This document shows positions 27,301-40,700 of a stretch of DNA of 53,272 nt, piece by piece. The notes beneath the pieces are model-generated. The model saw only the letters and a list, made by a program, of their open reading frames with translations, was not told the DNA's origin and did no database searches. The DNA is from Perkinsus olseni (Eukaryota). The position numbers and the translations under genes were made by a program. Position 1 is the first letter of the stretch. Every line of letters starts with the position of its first letter. Location of the stretch: the NCBI GenBank assembly GCA_013115125.1, contig JABANN010000204.1:1-53272 (forward strand). Direction: 5' to 3'.

Positions 27301-30300
27301 AGCAGGTCGACCCGTCTTCAACCACAGATCCGCTGGTAGTCATGTGAGGGGTTTGGACTGGGTGTAGGGGAGCTGGTTGTTTTCAGGCGGTGAAGACGAA
27401 GCGACTGAGTCTGGATATGGTGTTGTGTGTTATTAACGGATCGGGGAGCGTGTTGAAGAGGAAACCCGCCTTTATAGAGGAGATTAAGTAGTGTACGGAA
27501 GGGCGTGGGTTCGATCCCCAGAGACGCGTATTTCTGAGTTGTATCCGAGTCAGTATCGGGGTGCTGCCTCGAGTCCCAGTCGCTCATGCCATGCAGCATG
27601 AAACCATAGCGGCCTCCTCATTATTGCAAGGGTGATGAGACCGAGTCCGATATTTTGACCTTATGTGCATCTGGCAAGAATCAACCTTGGATACGTTCCG
27701 TTCTCTTTCAGGTCTCGTCTAATGTTCTCTATACTCCGCAACTGCGTGTCACCGGTTCCGAAGATCTTCACCCTAGCCCTGCAAGTGTTTGTAGCGGTCG
27801 CGACGAACCCAGATCTGAAGATGCACATAAGTACGCAAATAGGGGTCTTTGTGGAGGAGGTCTTCAAGAGGATATTGGACTCGGGCAACTCGAGTTTTCA
27901 ACATAAGCATCGAGTCCTGCAGGTAATAGGAGGCGGGACTAGGATTTGGGCGATGGATGGTACTGTACTCTGTTGTATTATCGCTCTATCCGTTTAAACT
28001 GACCTCCTAAATGATGGTGGAATAGCTGCGACTGAAACAATCATTTGAGTTCAACCAGCGATACGAAAACCCACGTCATAAATTGTAATATGCTTAATAA
28101 TGTTATTCCGTCGCGAAAAGTTTACGGTTTTTCTCTCCGTAGTCGCAAGGTTGTTCTGTTGTAGGTTTTCTACAAGCTGTGTACAGACGCCACCACTTCT
28201 CTTGATTTATTCAAAGAATACGATTGCAGTGTAACAGAGGGGAATGTCTTCGAGGGGTCGATCACGACGCTGGCGAAGATAGCTCAGGGCTGCATACAGA
28301 AGTCAGGGGCTGGGGATCTACAGCCGGAACAGGAGGCGAAACTGAGGATGCTGGCTTTGGAAAGTCTTGTGACTTTGACCGGGAGTATGGTCGAGTTATC
28401 GAACCGCCAGGCTGCTGAGCAGTCCTCGGGGGGTGGAGAGAAATCGACGGAAGAGAGTTCGGATGGGAAGGGAAACGATCCAACCACAGCGAGTTGTTCT
28501 GCTGGGGAGAGCGACAGTGGGGGAGGAAGTCCGAGGAATTCTACTATTACTGCCAATGGTTCGGCAAGATCGAGCGCGATTGTTGCGAAGGCGCGGAAGT
28601 CGGAGTTAGAAGCGGGAGTGAGGAAATTTAATATGAAACCGAAAAGGGGAGTTGAGTATTTTGTGGCGCGCGGTTTTTGCGAGAACGATCCGGCAGATGT
28701 GGCGAGGCTGTTGAAGAGAACGAGGGGGTTGGATAAGACGGCGTTTGGCGACTACTTGGGTGAAGACGAGCCCTTCAATTTACAGGTTATGTATGCGCTG
28801 GTGGACTCCCATGATTTTCACGGGATGGATCTTGTCTCGGCTTTGCGGGAGTTTTTGGAGGACTTCAGGCTGCCGGGGGAGTCTCAGAAGATCGACAGGA
28901 TGATGGAAAAGTTTGCGGAACATTACTGCAAGCAAAATCCTGATATTTATGCGAACGCGGATTGCGCGTATATTTTGTCGTTTTCGTTGATTATGTTGAA
29001 CACGGACCTGCACTCGTCACAGGTGAAGAATAAAATGAGTTTGGATGATTTCAAGAGAAATAATAGGGGAATTAATGACGGTGCGGATGTACCGAGCGAG
29101 CATCTGGAGTTTCTGTATAACGAGATTAAAAACAAACCGTTTTCTTTGGACGAGGATGAGGATTTGAAGTTGAAACTGGCGAGTCAGCAGCGGTCAGCGA
29201 TGCAGCCGTCCAGGAGGTTTGAGCTGTTCATTAAGGAGACGGAGTCGATCGTGGAAAAGTCGAGGGAAATGCTGAGCAGGAAGCCGGAGGATATGGGAGG
29301 GGTTCAAGACCCGCAAGAGTAATACAGGAATTGGAATCATCTGATCATTGGAAGGGAAAAGGGCGTTTTTTCGTCTGTAGTTTTATGGTCGCTGTCATGG
29401 CTTGCAGGAATGTGAGGGAGAAAATTGAGAGAATTTCACGATTGATTCGGGAATGAATTCTAGCAGCGCTTCGTTATTTTAACAAATTTCACCAGCTTGA
29501 GCTTTCTACGAATATCGGGGTTATTTTTCGTCTCTTTCCTTCTCACCGGGAAATTTATGATGGAATTTTGCTGAGCTTGGCAGTTGATTAAGTTTGTCGC
29601 AACCAGGAAATAGCTTCTTCAAGTAGTGTTGTTAGGTATCTTGGTCCGATGTTTGAAGTGATGTGGGGCAGCATATTAGGGACATTATCACAACTGATGA
29701 ACTCGGAGGAGGAGTCTGTCGAGGTCGTCGAGTGGTAAGTCGGACGTCATTGTGCTGGTGGGAGCGGAGGGGTAGGAGCTCACATTGATTTCACGGAAGA
29801 GTTGTGCTGGGATGCGGCTGAGAATTGGTTGCCTACCGTAAAGTCAGCGTTTCATCGGAAATGCCCGCGTCGTTCGAAGGAGGCTTCTTGGGTCCTATCA
29901 ACTGTTTATAGATCGGTCGTGATCGGTGTTGTGGGCGGTGCTGATTTTGTCTCTTATTAACGGATGAGCGGTCGGTCGTGGTCGACGGAGCAGTGATGAC
30001 TTCTTCTTCGGTATAAATTTCCCAAGCTAGTATGTTTCGGCGGGTTGGGGGATATCTAAGGTTGACCCTGGTCAGGTGTGTGGAAGGTTTGAAGCATTCT
30101 GTTAAGCTGTGCGCAAGATTCGAGATGGATACCGAGCGGGAGTGCTTCGTGGCGATGCTCGCGAAGTAGTAGCTTGTAGGTTAATATGGTTTTTCGCTAT
30201 ATCCCTTTGCCAGATACACAGGACTGATGCGAAGTCCCTTCGAGGCGCCTGCGAGTGCCTGTGAGAACATCATGTGCATCAAAGCGTTGCTTAGCTTAGC

Positions 30301-33300
30301 CAACAGCGAGACAGACGGAGGGGATGTTGTCCTCGGTAGTAGACTTGTGGTTGCAGACTTGCGGTTTTCACGCGCATATATCAACAAGGGAAGAATATGG
30401 GAGTGTGAGCTGATATGATGAGCGCTTTTTTCGACTCGTCTGCAGTGGCCAGAAATTTCGTTGTATTCGGCCGGCGCTAGGCTCGAACGGTATCACCTGG
30501 AGCCGATTTGTCGTTCATAGTGGGCGTGTTCAGGTCACTCATGGAAGCATGTACTGCTGATGGCTTCCCAGATAGACAGACTAGCGCTCCTGGCGAGTCG
30601 AGCGAAGAGCGATTATGTGTATTTTACAAACCCTTCGGGAGCGTCGGAACCGCAGAGGGTAGTAATGCTGGGTGGTTTCGATTTCTCTGGCCGATCGGTC
30701 GTGCGTTGTCTAAATGACTCATTCTCTGTTTCGAGAATGACTGGTCACTCTCCACTGAACGACGACGCTGCTTCTTCTGTTCAGCACGCTAGACCGAGCA
30801 TGATGGGGGTTATGTTCGCCACGCATTCATCATCGTCTTCTACGGCCCCTCACCTTGCTACGCAGTGGGTCGGCACTGGGGTGAGCGTGATGATGAAGCA
30901 GCCGGAGGAACCCTCAGAAGCGGAGATTAATGTAATACCGATGGGAGTGGCATTCTTCTGGCCGTGTTGATTCGCATCTAAAGGTGGAGTAGATAGCCTT
31001 TCCTCAATTGTGATGCATCGTGAGGTGAGGCCAAACAATTGGAGCGTGCGTGTTTCTCGTGAGTGTCTGAAGTGATGAAAATTTGATGGTGTCAGGCTAG
31101 CAAGGAAGTTGTGGAGGGTCATCCTGAGATAGTACCGGCAACTGATGCTATCTTTCAAAGGTGAGCCGGGAGGAAGAATGTATGGTGGATTTCTCGCGGT
31201 GGTTTGCCAAATGAAGTGAGTGAAAACATGACATTTTAAGCCAGGATGGCTGCGGAAGTTTATCACTAGTAAACCATGCGAGAAGCGCGGGATCGGGGAG
31301 CCTTAGGATTCGCTATGTGTGATGAAGCACACGCCCCATGATGATTCTCTCTGCACTGTTGAGCGGTTTCGGTTTTTCTCAAGATATTCGTCGTCCCTTC
31401 AGGTCGACTAAGCTGTCGAATGGAGAGATTATAGTGTTTGTGGAGGAGCTATGCAACCTCTCATCAGCCGAGCTGGCGGTGGTGGATAACCCTAGAGTCT
31501 TCTGTCTCCAGAAGCTGGTGGAGGTGGCCGATGTTAATATGTCTAACCGAATCAGGTTGGTGTGGTCTCGGATCTGGCGGGTCTTGTCGGCTCACTTCGC
31601 GCAAGTAGCGCAAAGCAAGAACCAGCAGCTGTCTATGTACGCAATCGATTCGCTGAGGCAACTGGCCCTTAAGTTCCTGCAGAAGGATGAGTTGTCAAAC
31701 TATCACTTCCAAGTGGAATTCTTGCGCCCTTTCGAGGCAGTGATGGGATCGTCGGAAAGCTCGCGAGAAGTGAAGGAGCTGATTTTGTCGATAATGGAAT
31801 CTTTCGTGGCATCGGACGTGACGCGGTCGAACATGAAGTCTGGTTGGAAGTCGGTCTTCCATGTGCTGTTACTGGCCGCTACCTCGGGTGGTGATAAGAC
31901 TGTTGTCGAAATGGGTATGAGGATCGTCACGACGCTGAGGGAGAGCTACTTCGATACGGTCTGTGTGGAGAACATGCGGGAGTATGTTCGGGTTTTGGTG
32001 GGCTTCGCACAGTGTAGGGAGGGAGGGTTGGAGATCTCTATGAAGGCGATGCAATATCTGCAGGATTGCATAGGTGAGCCTACCCTAGAGCAGCGCACCT
32101 CCTTAGTGAACTGTTGCTGTCCTCAGATTATCTGGCGGACCCTGACAACCAACTGCCACCGGTGCAGATGTCATACCAGCAAGGTCTCTTGTCTGGAGGT
32201 GGTGCTTGCTCAAATTGTTGCTGGGATGATTTGGTGGAGTTTAGGTACGCCACAGTCAAGCTCTGTTGCCTTGCCTACTACTGCGTCACCTGGGAGGAGA
32301 GAGACGGCGCTCTCGGCTGGCCCACAACAGCAGCCGGCGTTACATTGGTTTCCGGTAGTAATTGGAAGCATTAAATTGCTATGGCCCATAGCCTATGGGC
32401 GAGAGAGATATGTTTGCCGGAGTCCGCCTTGGTGGGGATTCTATACGCCATGTGGATCTGATAGAAAAACGGGAAAATAGGTTTATAGGCTAGGATATAG
32501 TCCTACCCTATCAACCTATTTTCCCATTGGTCCCTGAGCACAGGGACAAATTGTGCAAACGGATTGTAGTTTACGAGATGGTGTTGAATAACACCTTGTT
32601 ATGGTGGTGCATAGCTTAGAAAATGTACATCTTCGCTATGCGCCACTTCAATCGACCGTGGCGGTCTCGGAAGTAGACTCGACGCTTCCGTATGCTGGTG
32701 GCGCGATGCCTTAGCATGCGCAGCAGCTTCGAGTAATCCGTCTTGATGGGAATACCGTAAAACAGCTTCCCTGTTTTGATGAGAATACCGTAAAACAGCT
32801 CCCCTGTTTTGATGGGAATACCGTTAAACAGCTCCCCTGTTTTGATGGGAATACCGTTTAAACAGCTCCCCTGTTTTGATGGGAATACCGTAAAACAGCT
32901 TCCCTGTTTTGATGAGAATACCGTAAAACAGCTCCCCTGTTTTGATGAGAATACCGTAAAACAGCTCCCCTGTCTTGATGGGAATACCGTAAAACAGCTC
33001 CCCTGTCTTGATGGGAATACCGTAAAACAGCTCCCCTGTCTTGATGGGAATAGCGTTAAACAGCTCCCCTGTTTAGACTACCGGTATCAAGCTCACTAGG
33101 TGTCCTCAACTGTTGTGAATCTGTGGACCAGTTTCATTGCCTCAGATACTACATGGTTTGGAGGTCCTCGTTTTCGACAGCCGCAGAGATGTTCGAACGT
33201 CCGCGATCGACAAGCTCTTTGAGTGTCTCAGTTCCCAGATTGATGACTTTGATAACGACACTTTGCTGATGATTTTCAATGGCGTAAGAAGACACCTACT

Positions 33301-33420
33301 AGTTTACCCAATATCGTATCCGTTGTTATCAGGTACTCTCCCCCTTGTTTGATGACATGTTGCATCTGTTGACGCCGGGCAACAGGTCCCCTGCGACCCC
33401 TCCTGCTGAGAAGGGTGCTG

Positions 33421-33478
<58 letters not shown>

Positions 33479-36400
33479 CGACCAGGGCGTCACTAGCAGT
33501 GAGTTGGGGGAGAGAATAGTCACATAACATAGTGACATTCACATAACGTCATTCGTAACTCAATACGTGAATCACCTGTTTCTCATTTTTTCGGATTTTT
33601 CTTCCACTTACTTCTGGAGCCCGTTCAAGTGCAAAACACTTCCGAGTTCCGAGTCTGAGTACTTCCCTCCGAGTCAGTATTCCTAGTGAACGAGTTCCGA
33701 GTAATCGTCTGTTCAAGTCCGGCCGCTCGGTTTGGTCGCATTTCCGAGCTGTTTTGCAAAGTACGAATCCCGAGTTAATTTTTCTCGTGTTCAAGTCATT
33801 GCTGTGAGAAATGGCTCCGACTCGGAAAAGTAGCCTTACTCGGTGAACTAATTCCTGCGACGAAACGCGCTGCGGGACAGAAACACAACGCAACTTTTTT
33901 ACTTCGTTCTCGTCAATACAATACGAGTTTGCACTATGAGGCCCTCACAGTGAGGAATAGGCTATTCCGAGTAGCTACATTACTGGTAGTAATCATTCCA
34001 TAGCATAGTATGATCCAAGGGAACGGAAGCGTTGCGTTCGCAGGAAGTTCGGGTTCCGAAAGGACTCGGAAACACTAGCCCTCCCCACTCGGACTCGGAT
34101 TCACCTTTAGCGAGCCGAGTGGGCGGCACTTGAACTAAGAACTCGGTTCGAGTTATCCGAGAGCTCGGATTTCCAGGCCGCAGAGAATTTCTTAGCTCTC
34201 GGAAAGTGAACTCGGGAAAAGTTTGCACTTGAACGGACAATTTTTCTCTGAGCTCGGAAGGGTGCTCTCTCCGAGAACTAAGACTCGGAAATGGGAGCAC
34301 TTGAACGGGCTCCTGGTGTGTGTATCTTCGCCGTCGTATTTTTCCGTGCACATTAGTGCCTTCGGGGCGTATTTGAGGCAGCCTTCTATTGTAGATGGCT
34401 TGAGGCGTATCAAGGTTGGACCATGCATGTCACATGATACGCTCATTCTTCGTATCAGGTACTTGCCTATCGGCTGTGTCGGCCCTCACGCGTCTAGTCG
34501 ACAAGCGTTTCGACCGGCTAGGATTCCTCCTACCGCAGGTGAGCTCCGCTGGGGGTTGATGATTGCTAGTGCTCACCGTGTTACGTATTTTCAGATTCTA
34601 TCGTTGCTTGGAGCGTGTATTCATCACGAGAGCGAGGCTGTTGCTAGGATAGGTAATAGAATCTTTTGGTCACCCTTGCTTTTCGCGCGCAGAAAGATAT
34701 GTTTTCTCGCACTCAAAAAGGATACAAACTCAGTGTCTTATGCGGAATTTTCTGGTCGGCTCTTTCGTGATAATTACTATTGTGAATTTCCGGATCACAT
34801 AAGATGGTGAGGTTACCGCCACCTTGGTCATGCCTTCGGATGTTGTTAATGCGTATTTTCTTTGCGGCGAGTTCGCGTTTTACGAGACGGAGCAGTGAGA
34901 ATCTTTTGTCAACACTGTTCACACTGTTCTTTTGGATTTCTTCGCTCGCTGGCTGCTGAGAATAGCGCGTGAAAGGAATCCTGCAGATATCAGGTTGACG
35001 ATGTTTTTGTGAAAGACAGGTTTCTTTTGTCAGGAGTTGAGGCGGAGAAGCAGCTACTACTCGCGATTGGTGGCCGGTGCTCGGACGCCCAGTGGATGAA
35101 AATCGCCGATCATCTTCATAAACTGTTCAACTCTACGCTTCCCAGTGAGCTCACGAGAAGCACTAAGCAAGCCAACAACGGCCCGACCAGCGGTGCCAGT
35201 CCGAACCATAGGGTGACCGGAGCGCTGCGGGGACATGGGAGTGCCTTACCGTTCGACTCGGTAACCTCTCTGAGTCAGTGCTGTGATTTCTGATTGGTTT
35301 TTTCTTCAGTCGGAAGTTGTGACCAAATGTGTGGTCCAGCTGCTGTTGATCGATCTGGTGTACCGAGTTGTCTTCCGAGAGCACTACGACAGCGTGCCTG
35401 CTCAGGCTGTCCACACCATCCTGGACGCCCTTCACCTTAGTTTCAAGTGAGAATGGGGCCTGGACTGAGTAGCTGCTGCCGTTGAGGCTCTTCGTTTGAC
35501 GCGATAATATTGCATAAAATCCTTCCTAAAAATTCTGGATCTGAATCAGTCGTCTCAAAATATTTTCTAGTATGATTTTGTGGTTCTTCGAGAACTTCCT
35601 CTCCTCGTACCGGAAGCCAGCTACCAGATGGTGGCTTTGTCGTCAATGTAAACCGAGCAAGAACGCAGTAAAACATCCCTTATACTGATGGTCGCCTCCC
35701 GAATTGGTGACCGCTCCGGATACATTCTAAAAAATAGCTGAACTTGAGTTCGTTTGATCTCTGTGAGTGTCTTGGTTGGCCAAAAATCTTTCAAGGTCGA
35801 AAATCTTGACGACTTCGTAAGCTTGGTTTTAGTCATCAATGGATTTTTCGCTTGACTTTTATCTTGCACCGCAAAGGAGTCCCTCGTGACTTCAGATTCG
35901 CCCATTCCTTCAACGTCCGTCTGGACATACGGGAGAAGTTGAAGAAGCTAGGCTTCATGCGTGATATGAAGCAGCTGCCGGGCTTATTGAAGCAGGAACG
36001 TGAAGGTGGGGAAGGGAGTGTTTGGATACCGCGCTCGACCGGGTGTGTCTGAACTAGCGTAACCTTCTAGCTCGCGCTGAGACTCTGATGGTCGTTAGGC
36101 GGGACTAATACTCATTAGGACCAGTTCGTAATGCAGTGAAAATACTCTCCGTAATAACGAAGAGAATGTAACGCGCAGAAATAGTTCCACAGCGTGCGGA
36201 GTTAATAGCGGTCGAGCAATTGAAGAGCCTAGCCAGTATCTGAGTGTTTCCTCGACGTTCCGTTGCTGATGTGGCATAGTGTCATCCTCATTATTGCATT
36301 CAGTACCCGAGCCTCAGGTATCTGCGTCTACTTCCGTCTGCTTGTGAAGCTTTACTCCACGACAAGTTCTCGAGAGTGCGCGGAGAAGTTATCCCAAGTT

Positions 36401-37496
36401 AGCATCGACGTCGTGACGTCTCTGCAGAGGAAAGAGAAATTCCTGAAGACACCAGAGGGCGGCGGCCTGGGGACGCCTAAGGCTGCTGACCCGGTCAAGG
36501 TGATGGAGTTTGAGAGAGAGGTAATGACGAGCGCAGCAGGGGCGTCTTGAATTTTTCCTCGCGGGAGATTTTGAGGCCGAAAAACGGTTTGTGGTCTAGT
36601 TGCGACCACTTGCAGTATCATCAGTGAAAGATGAACGATAGGGGGGGGAGCTGTGAGAGATTCTGATCCTGAGAAAATGCGAAATGAAAGTAGCGTCCCG
36701 AGGTAGTCTGTGACTAGTAGTAGTCGTCGTACTAGTGGTCCTAATGAGTAGTATCGGTCTGAAAGATGATACAAAATTTTGTAAACTGAAGTAAACTTTT
36801 GTGTAAAAATCAAAAATTGTTTCATGAAAGAGAAGACAAAGTGGCGTGAACGGGAGGCACTGTATCTTGACAGGCGACAGTTCTTTCGTGGAGCTTTGTG
36901 TCGACCTCTGCCCGGCTTTGGTGAGCTAGCTCCAATAGCAAAGTACTGAGAGATGGAATATGATTCTCCTCCTGGTGACAGCAGTGGGCGGGGTCCACTT
37001 GTGAGTTGTTCAGGTTGCTGGACTGATTCCGTTGGTATCGGACGTCATTCTTGGCTCTTTAATGGAGTTGCCAGATGCGATGTTCGCCGAAAATTGTGGC
37101 GATTGGATATTCCCGATGCTTTGTGACCTCATCCTGGTGGACGACCGGGGCATCCGCAGCAAGGTAGCCTCGAGCTCTCGGGGGCAATTTCTAGGAGAGC
37201 TGAAAATGATGCTATTTTCGTGGATTTTCGAAAGCGGGGAATGGCACGTGTGCGGTACTGGCAAGAATAACAAAACCGATATTAGAGACTTTGAGAGCCC
37301 TTGGGAGTCTGATCATTCCTGAGAGAAAATGCATCACCATCGCGGACGTGTGATTCCATAGATTACTAGTCTACCCGCTCAGTTCTCGTCCTTGCAGGTC
37401 CAGCAAATTATGTCGACTAAAGTTCGACCGATACTCGGCAGCAGTAGCACCCCTCAGTCGTCATCTTCCACAGGCTTGCCACCTAGCTCGCAGTGA
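24398..37496 (+). CDS. Large Sec7-domain ARF guanine nucleotide exchange factor (BIG/Sec7 type), multi-exon
   Basis: DCB-like TAQAVLTQI, HUS-like FKEYDC, Sec7 domain (KFNMKPKRG, LDKTAFGDYLGE, FRLPGESQKIDRMMEKFA, AYILSFSLIMLNTDLH), and HDS regions (PRVFCLQKLVEVADVNM, YAIDSLRQLALKFL, NMKSGWKSVF, LPGLLKQE). Ends ...GLPPSSQ*. Start is uncertain. Confidence 0.95.
32742..33075 (+). repeat. 33-bp minisatellite, about 10 tandem copies, intronic
   Basis: Unit GATGGGAATACCGTAAAACAGCTCCCCTGT(T/C)TT repeated head-to-tail with few substitutions or indels. Confidence 0.95.
33423..33479 (+). repeat. (ACT)18 microsatellite encoding a poly-Thr tract in an ARF-GEF exon
   Basis: In frame within LFDDMLHLLTPGNRSPATPPAEKGAA-T19-DQ. 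Confidence 0.9.
33617..34312. mobile_element. Non-autonomous TIR element (MITE), PIF/Harbinger (Tourist)-like, 696 bp, intronic
   Basis: Perfect 16-bp TIRs GAGCCCGTTCAAGTGC (33617-33632) and GCACTTGAACGGGCTC (34297-34312). 3-bp TSD CTG at 33614-16 and 34313-15. Internal GTTCAAGT/ACTTGAAC and CCGAGT/ACTCGG repeats. Confidence 0.85.
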
Positions 37497-37719
37497 GGTT
37501 TTTGGCGGGCTCTTTTTTCTAATCAACAAGTATTGATATTCCATTACCATTACTGTCATTATCGCACCGCCAAGATTCCCATTATCGCACCGCCAAGATT
37601 CCGTCTCTTGCCGCTGCTGTAGTTTGCGTTGGGCGTGAAAGATACTTTCGACCTCATGTGTTTCGTCCTGTCTTCGAGTTTGGATTCTTTCTTCACAGGA
37701 AAGAGTTTTTCGTCTCATC

Positions 37720-40700
37720 ATGAACTATGTATTCGGAGACCTAGTCGATCTCTACTTTTTTCGCCCGCCAGAATTCTCCCTGGATCGACCCAGATACGAT
37801 CCACAACGTTACAAGGGACGCTTCAAGCAGCTTGTGGTAGGTTCTGACCGTCTCGTGATCGCCCTGTCCTCCATCGCTCACCCTAGTCGATTGCCGTCGT
37901 GAATGTTTACTAACGGTCACCCGAGTGAATCATCTGTTATTGCAATTATCACCTCTCATGGTAGAGTGGAAATGCACTGATCGATCACAAATTTATCGGG
38001 ACTATGTTTGAATAAATCAATTCCGAAACTCAAAATAATTCCTGAGATTAAAATTTCATTCAACAGCTCCAGCTTACCATTTACCAGCTTCGCTCCGTTC
38101 TCTTCTCGCTCACTTCCGCCGACCGTCTTTACTTCCTGGGGAGGTGTTGCATCATCGCGAGCTTCTTCTTCAGACGATGCTGGACCCGCGACTCCTGTTG
38201 AAGACAGAAGAAGACGTCATGCAAGCGAAGCAGCTGTTGCAGAGGTCCGCCATCGCCTGTAGTTGTGCGGCAGCTTGTCGATTTAGGTTTCGAAACGGTG
38301 AGGATACTGGTGCGAGTGATCGAGAATTATGGGCGGCGAGGAAGCTGTGTGAAGCGGCGATTCATCCGGTCACGCAAGGTAGGGTGGGGTCTCAACGCTC
38401 TTCCCCTGTCTTGTTCATTTTCCCTATTTTTTCTAGATTGGCAAATTCAGTAACACAATTGCTTGGTGTTAGCCCGGCTAACTTAGCTGTGAACGCCAAC
38501 CCCTAGCGGATAGTTTAGTGAGGGGATTTTTACGCGGGGATGGAAAATGGATTCGCTTTCGTTGGTGTTCGTTTTTTGTGCGACTCTCTTCTCTTGGAAC
38601 TATGAAATTCTCCCGAGACGCGTGGGAATGGCCTACACCAGTCGATCAGGAGCGAAGGTTCCGCCAGTGGCAAAACCTACGCAGTAGCGCCACATGAGTC
38701 TCTGCCGCTTTATGGGTGCTGCTCTCACAAAGATAGTCGTGGCGAAACTACACGTCAGCAAGGTCACTCGAGAGTAACAACGCAATAAGTGAAATTAATG
38801 ATTCTGAGCTACTACCAGCAAGAACAACATGTGCTGGAGAACATCAAGGTAAGGTTAAGTATCGTACTCGAGGTCGCAGCCTGGGAAGTTGTTCGACGCT
38901 TCGAATGGCTTCGACAAGTCCTCGTTGTTAAAGCTGATTGCTGAGGAAGTCGTCGAACATCTTCAACGCTTCTTCTGGAGCATCCATAGTGACACTGTGA
39001 CCGGCACCGCGTACCTGACCGGGCGACTTCCACCGAGTTGGCGGAGATGCTAATGATTTAGGATGATGACTCATCATCCTAAATCATCATTGATGAGCTT
39101 CTTCGTCAACGGCGTCTGCTTGAAGAACATGTCACAGTTTACTTTGAGGAAAATGAGTTGGCCGCCGGTGTCTGGCAAAGTAGAAGCTCTCAGATCCCCG
39201 ATAGGCCTGCCGTCTGGTAACTGAGGAGAGAAGCACTCGGAAGACAGCTTGTTGTGGGTTGTTCATCCCACCCTGTAGACAGCAGGCACTGATCTACGTA
39301 GTGTTGCACCTCCCTTCCAAGGGAGTGCCATCACCGATGCTAGATTGCTGATCCAATTGCAAATGAGATCCCGGTCACCTGCATACACGAGGACCTGATA
39401 AAGTTGGCTCGTTTTCACCGAGGAAATCTAGCGAGCTTTGCTTACCCGCAGGCCACTGTGAAGCAAGTCAGGCAAGAAGTGGTGGTAGCTGCGCGGGATG
39501 TCACATGTGAAGTTGTAGTATACCTACCAGAAAAGAACAACTAAATTTAGTTTTCGCTGATTCGGTGTGATCTGAGTGAGGCTTACATCCCAAGAAAAAT
39601 GTTGCCAAACAGAGTCAACCTCGAGGAATCTTTGGACGGTTTCACTGTTCATGAAGGATTCAACCTGTTCGTCTGTAGTTTTGCAGCCATCAAGTTCGTG
39701 CATCTTACCTTCTTCACCACTGGGTCGTCTTCGCTGGGTACGTATTCCTTATCAAGATTAGAGCTGTAGAAATAAAAACAGTATCAAACCCGATCTTCCA
39801 TGGCCAGGGTGCTATTGACCCCACCTTACGTGTGCCTCCCAGCGCGGATGGCCGGGCCCAGCAATTCAGTGAAGAGCTTCCTCCGCGCCCGATCGCAGGT
39901 GTCCTGGTAGGTCTCCTGAGTGGAGGGGTCCAGGGTCTCTCGGAGGAGCTCGCATTCGTGCACTAGGCGAACGCAGTCCTTGGCTTCGGCATTTACACGG
40001 GCGTATCTGCATTTGGGACGCGAGCTTGACAGCAGCCTGTCTCGGTGGATTACTCTTCGGCAGAGATGATACCTTCCATTAGCAGCATTCGGGGGTGGTG
40101 ACACCATCTGAGAAAAATCGTCATCGGTCCTTGGTGAGAAGACCGGCACCTACTCTATCTCGGGTGCAATGGTGGGGTTGCCTAGTAGAATGCCCTCGAG
40201 CCGCACGAAAGAGCGATTTTCCATCAACTTGGTGGCCAGTGGCGGGATGTAACGCCCTGACATTGCGACTCCTCGTAACCAGTCCGCTAACGTGGACACT
40301 CTTGTTGTAGTACATGCGAACTACCAGCTTTGGTCCGAGAGACAACACAACTGCTGGCGTAGTGTCTACCGTCCACTATGCCACTGTAACCCCGGCCGAC
40401 TCTGGTTGCTCACTATGCGCCGATCGTCCTGTGCATGCGTGCTAATACACCAGCTCCTCTAATAGATCTAGAGAGAATAGACTTTACACTCCTTCCCGTC
40501 CTGGGTTAAGTATGAGCAACAACTCCGAAGGTGCCCGGTCTGGTCTTACCAGCGTACGATTGACCGGCTAGGAAGACTCTGGTGTTGTATTGTGGGCGTG
40601 AAGCGAAGAAATGTGAGAGGGCGAGGAACCTGCAGAGAGGAGCATGCGATACGCACGCTGGCAACTAGCTGATAATCAGAACATGTCAATTTGTGCATTA

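Noticed and set aside
32742-33075. Possible CRISPR array
   Set aside because: The units are contiguous with no unique spacers, there are no cas genes, and the context is a eukaryotic intron. The LPCFDGNTVKQ ORF is a by-product of the 33-bp period.
33276-33542. Poly-Ser and poly-Val minus-strand ORFs
   Set aside because: These are antisense readings of the (ACT)n tract in an ARF-GEF exon.
37558-37602. Duplicated 22-mer ATTATCGCACCGCCAAGATTCC
   Set aside because: A simple two-copy tandem duplication in intergenic DNA, with no evidence of function.
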